Of a stretch of DNA of 64,000 bases, positions 60,476 through 64,000 are shown piece by piece. A program made the translations under genes and the position numbers. Numbering within the stretch: the stretch's first letter is position 1; the number at the start of each line of letters is the position of its first letter. The notes under the pieces were generated by a model. The model ran no database searches, was not told where the DNA came from, and saw nothing but the letters and a program-made list of their open reading frames with translations. Source of the DNA: Candidatus Woesearchaeota archaeon (GTDB taxonomy: Archaea > Nanobdellota > Nanobdellia > Woesearchaeales > GW2011-AR9); NCBI GenBank assembly GCA_018696595.1, contig JABHQW010000005.1:25721-89720 (forward strand), read 5' to 3'.

Positions 60476-62071
60476 ATGGTAGAATCACGATTGAATTTAT
60501 CAAACATAGAGCAAGAACTTGGAGAACATTCTGCTAGAGACTTCTTTACTCACACACAAGCTAGATATTTAGGAAAAATCCCAGAAGACCAAACTTTAGA
60601 TTCTGTTCTTGATACAGTAAGTCAACAATTACAAACTCCACCAGATCTACTTTGGGCTTCACAAAAATTTCAGTTACTCTTTAGAGCTACAAAACCAGAA
60701 CACCTAAGACTTCTTGATTTGGAAGAATATGTAGATGAAGCAGAAGCAGCGGTTAATGCAGGCAGAGTAATGAGTCTTCTTCCTTATAATGCTCTTATGG
60801 GAGAAACTACAATAAGAAAATATCTCCCTTCAAGACCTGATAAATTCTCTGGAAATTGGAGGCACAGCATGGATCCTTATGGAATTTTCAGAGGAATGGA
60901 TAGAGTTACAGCAGTAGATGATGATGGAAATGAAACTTACCTTGCCACAAGAAAATTTCCTTACGCAGTTCTGGCAAATATAACTGAAGCCTGCCATATT
61001 GGATGTGATGGTTGTTACAAGGGCTCAATGGTAAGAACGGCATTATCCTCCCTTGCAGAAGTTTATCCTGAATATGCACAAATTAAAAGACAACTTAATA
61101 CTCAAGAAAAAAGAGCAGAGAGACAGGCAGAACTTCTTACACAATGGCTTAACCAAAATCCAGAAGTTGATACTATTGTCATAAGTGGCGGAGAACCAAC
61201 TTTATTCTCAAATTCTGCTCTAGAGAAAATTCTTGAACAATACAGACAAGCAGAGCATGTAGGAGTTGTCAGAATGTGTACTTCCTCTGTCTTTCAGGGA
61301 ATGTGGTACAGAGTAGATGATGAATTTGTGCAGATGTTACAAGATTTTGAAAGAGAAACAGGAAAACAATTCTACATTAATGCTCATGTTACAGACGATT
61401 ATCAACTATCAGCACCAGAAGCAAAAATGGCAGTAGAAAAACTTGAACGAGCAGGAATTACACTTCATCTTCAAATGCCATTACAGGAGGGAATTAATTT
61501 TCAAAGAAATAATATAGCATGGAGTGTTGACAAACTAAAAAGAATCTCAAAACTTGCTTATGGCTTAGGTGTAATTCCTTACAAAATGATAGTTGATATG
61601 CACTCTCCATCACATCCAGACTTAACAGTTCCAATTGAAACAGTTACAAGAGTAATTGGATTTTTAGACCAACATGAACACCATTCAGATCATGAACGAT
61701 GGCAGGCTTATAATGTTCTTCACGAACAGGGAAATCTTTACTTAACTGCTTATCCCCATTTTACTGCTGTTAAAGATGTTGATACTGAAAGTCAAAGAGT
61801 TACATACTTTATTCCGAAGGTAGAATTTGATGGAAGAAAAAGAGTAGTTGTTCACACCTACGAAGAACCCCTTATTCACGGACACAATGATAACCCTTAC
61901 AGTTTTAAGAGATTATTATTCTTTAGTCAAATCTCCGATAGAGATGTAAGACAAAAGATTAAACAAGTGAGAAAAGCCTACAGAAAAATGAATGGAGATC
62001 CCCAGACAATTAGAGATTTCTATAAAGAATCAGGAATAGAATATGCAGAGAATAAACCGCTGAGAATCTAG
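60476..62071 (+). CDS. Divergent KamA/EpmB (lysine 2,3-aminomutase)-family radical SAM protein
   Basis: CHIGCDGC, ISGGEP, INAH, LQMPLQEGIN, GVIPY follow the KamA motif order. Confidence 0.75.
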   Translation: MVESRLNLSNIEQELGEHSARDFFTHTQARYLGKIPEDQTLDSVLDTVSQQLQTPPDLLWASQKFQLLFRATKPEHLRLLDLEEYVDEAEAAVNAGRVMSLLPYNALMGETTIRKYLPSRPDKFSGNWRHSMDPYGIFRGMDRVTAVDDDGNETYLATRKFPYAVLANITEACHIGCDGCYKGSMVRTALSSLAEVYPEYAQIKRQLNTQEKRAERQAELLTQWLNQNPEVDTIVISGGEPTLFSNSALEKILEQYRQAEHVGVVRMCTSSVFQGMWYRVDDEFVQMLQDFERETGKQFYINAHVTDDYQLSAPEAKMAVEKLERAGITLHLQMPLQEGINFQRNNIAWSVDKLKRISKLAYGLGVIPYKMIVDMHSPSHPDLTVPIETVTRVIGFLDQHEHHSDHERWQAYNVLHEQGNLYLTAYPHFTAVKDVDTESQRVTYFIPKVEFDGRKRVVVHTYEEPLIHGHNDNPYSFKRLLFFSQISDRDVRQKIKQVRKAYRKMNGDPQTIRDFYKESGIEYAENKPLRI

Positions 62072-62416
62072 GAACGGCGACCCCCTAACTTCCTTAACTT
62101 GATTAGCCTTCGGCTTTGATGAAAAGAAATTGCCCTTTGATTCTGTGTCTTAATGGCTCACTGTGTTCGCAGGATGGACGGACTTCAAATTTACTTTGAA
62201 TTTTTCCCTTCGGGAACGTTGCACTAAAATTCAATCCCTATCGGGAGAGTTTAACAGCGATTAAGAGATTCCGAAGTCTTGCAGACTTCTCCATCCAAAT
62301 TCGGTTTTGTGGGTTGCCTCAAAACCGAACTTCTCTTAATCACGATGTTAAGTGCAATAATTCTAGTGGTAAGGAAAGTTAAAAACTAATCTTAAATGGG
62401 GGTGAGAAAATTTAAC
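62072..62416. ncRNA. Highly structured intergenic element (candidate ncRNA or MITE-like unit), copy A
   Basis: Multiple perfect stems, e.g. 62259-62268/62332-62341 and 62300-62309/62320-62329; terminal pairing 62086-62096/62370-62381. Confidence 0.5.
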
Positions 62417-62466
62417 ACAATCTTTAAAAGCAAGTAAGAAATACTTCTTAGTATTAAAAGAGGAAG

Positions 62467-63738
62467 ATGGTTAATAAAAAACTTGCTGACTGGATAAAAT
62501 CAGAAGAAGCACAAGGATACACAGAACAACAACTTAAGAACTATCTTATTAAGAAAAAATATAACAAAAAAGATATTGAAGATGCAATTTCTTTAGCAAA
62601 ATCTCACAGAACATTCAACTTCAAGGATTTCATCAAACCAACACCATTAAAATTATTTTTTCCAATTTTATTTCTAGTCTTAATTTTAGTCTCGTTTTTC
62701 ATCAATTCTTCTTTTCTCCCAGAAACAGGAGAACAATATTGCCAACAGATTAAGTCAGGACAAGAAATGGATGTCTTAAAAGAACAAATTAAAGACACAT
62801 CAAGTATAAACAATATTGATCCTAAAGAAGTTGTTAATCTTTTAGAAAAACAGGAACTTCTAGATAAGAAAAAAATTCAAAGTAGCCAAGAATTTAGAAA
62901 TCAATTGTTGCCAGTTATGATGGGAAACATATATTTTTATCCTTCATTAATCTATAAATTAAATCCTTTTTTTCCTGTTCCTTGTGAATTTATTCTAGTT
63001 TCAGAAGAAGTTAAAGAATTTACCTCCTTTAGATGCTCTTATTATATAAGCCAAGAGGATTACCAATGTCTTAAAGACCAAGCAGAAAAAGAACAGAATG
63101 ACCAATGGACTTCTATGGCCACTTATTTCCAAAATGCGCCAGAATACAAACAAATTCATAACCTAGATTTATTATTTAACTCAATTTTATTAATTATAAT
63201 CATTTATTTAATAATCTGTGGCATCTCCCTCCTATTTGACTATAGCAAACAAAAAAGTAAGAAAACAAAACTACTATTATCCTTATTGTTGCTAATCAGT
63301 CCTTTTTTCTTATATTTAATTGGTTTAGATTACGCTCTATTTTATTATCCATTTGTAATTTTATTTTCCATCTTATTATTTGTAAAAGAAAAACCAAAAA
63401 AAATTATTTTGTACATATCAATATTTTTGCTAATTGTTTTATTAATAGGAATGTTATTCTTATTTAGTTCTAACATTATGAAAGGTACAATTGGCGGATT
63501 CTCTTCGCAAGAGGATTCATTCTCTTATAAAATAGCATTTTGTGAAGACACTTGGGTTCTTCCAATGGAATCAAAAATAAGTTATAGAATAACTGAGAAA
63601 TATATTAATGAAGAATGGAATGTGTGTTCTAAACCATGTTCAATACTTTGTAAAGATTATTGTGAAAGTGAAAAACCTAGCAGGAGAGAATTCTCAATGC
63701 TAAGAGGGGATAAACCTTCTTGTATTTGTGGATGTTAA
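62467..63738 (+). CDS. Multi-pass membrane protein with Cys-rich extracellular segments
   Basis: N-terminal LADWIKSEEAQGYTEQQLKNYL module, about 5 TM segments, C-terminal C..C..C...C..CICGC. Confidence 0.8.
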   Translation: MVNKKLADWIKSEEAQGYTEQQLKNYLIKKKYNKKDIEDAISLAKSHRTFNFKDFIKPTPLKLFFPILFLVLILVSFFINSSFLPETGEQYCQQIKSGQEMDVLKEQIKDTSSINNIDPKEVVNLLEKQELLDKKKIQSSQEFRNQLLPVMMGNIYFYPSLIYKLNPFFPVPCEFILVSEEVKEFTSFRCSYYISQEDYQCLKDQAEKEQNDQWTSMATYFQNAPEYKQIHNLDLLFNSILLIIIIYLIICGISLLFDYSKQKSKKTKLLLSLLLLISPFFLYLIGLDYALFYYPFVILFSILLFVKEKPKKIILYISIFLLIVLLIGMLFLFSSNIMKGTIGGFSSQEDSFSYKIAFCEDTWVLPMESKISYRITEKYINEEWNVCSKPCSILCKDYCESEKPSRREFSMLRGDKPSCICGC

Positions 63739-63885
63739 TTTTCTCACCCCTATTGATGATAAACAAGTGGTGTTAGCACCCCACTAAACCTTTATACCAC
63801 CAGAATTACTTGCTCCACTACGTTACGCACCATGAGATAAACTCATGGGCACATAACAAACATTATCCACAATTTTTAGGGCACC
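63734..63885 (-). repeat. Inverted homolog (copy B) of the 62072-62416 element
   Basis: 14-bp perfect inverted repeat 63737-63750 vs 62399-62412; 17/19 match 63795-63813 vs 62354-62371; TGCCCT..TGTG..TAATG block 63861-63884 vs 62131-62155. Confidence 0.7.
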
Positions 63886-64000
63886 TTACTACGTAGTTTT
63901 TCATGTTTTTATCGCATTCCCACCAAAATAAATGAAGACTGGGAATGTTAAGCTATGAGCTCATAAGTAAAAACAAGACCAATGAAATAAGCAATCTTCA

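Noticed and set aside
62105-62216. UUCG tetraloops indicating a + strand RNA
   Set aside because: The best pairing gives 3-nt loops (TTC on +, GAA on -), so the strand cannot be assigned from them.
3481-62813. Many short overlapping or antisense ORFs in the track (e.g. 3481-3675, 12591-12815, 16545-16841, 17244-17837, 22642-23406, 53165-54577)
   Set aside because: They are shadows of longer genes with clear motifs, and lack their own recognisable motifs or start signals.
62410-63740. Integron attC cassette
   Set aside because: ATTTAAC and GTTAATT are in the wrong arrangement relative to the gene, and no integron integrase is present.
1-64000. CRISPR array, rRNA, IS transposase
   Set aside because: No regularly spaced repeats, rRNA signatures or DDE/HUH transposase motifs were seen. 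The Cas4-like cysteines at 13356-16532 belong to a helicase fusion.

Overview
AT-rich archaeal chromosome segment, most likely from a DPANN (Woesearchaeota-like) genome. The archaeal call rests on an archaeal SRP RNA, three tRNA genes with bulge-helix-bulge (BHB) type introns, archaeal-type ProRS/IleRS, TrmB and Lrp regulators, and BRE/TATA promoters about 23 nt upstream of many start codons. The phylum call is inference from gene content and style. Left ~19.5 kb: a probable integrative defence island anchored at the 3' end of tRNA-Gln(UUG). It carries a tyrosine integrase coupled to an Hjc-like nuclease, a protein with an FtsZ C-terminal-like domain, and a complete type 1 BREX operon (brxA-brxB-brxC-pglX-pglZ-brxL) followed by a UvrD helicase/Fe-S PD-(D/E)XK nuclease. 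BrxA has an extra N-terminal ribbon-helix-helix-like domain, and its promoter is bracketed by two GATCTA-N6-TAGATC palindromes. The rest mixes housekeeping genes (proS, ileS, msrB, P-type ATPase, RNase D, METTL5-like methylase, signal peptidase, SRP RNA) with accessory genes. Notable accessory items are two full-length bacterial sigma70-like proteins under archaeal promoters, an orphan receiver protein, a SET protein, three radical SAM enzymes, a doubly inactivated RelE-like toxin and a family of structured intergenic elements, two of which flank a membrane protein gene in inverted orientation. All calls were made by eye from motifs; no searches were run.
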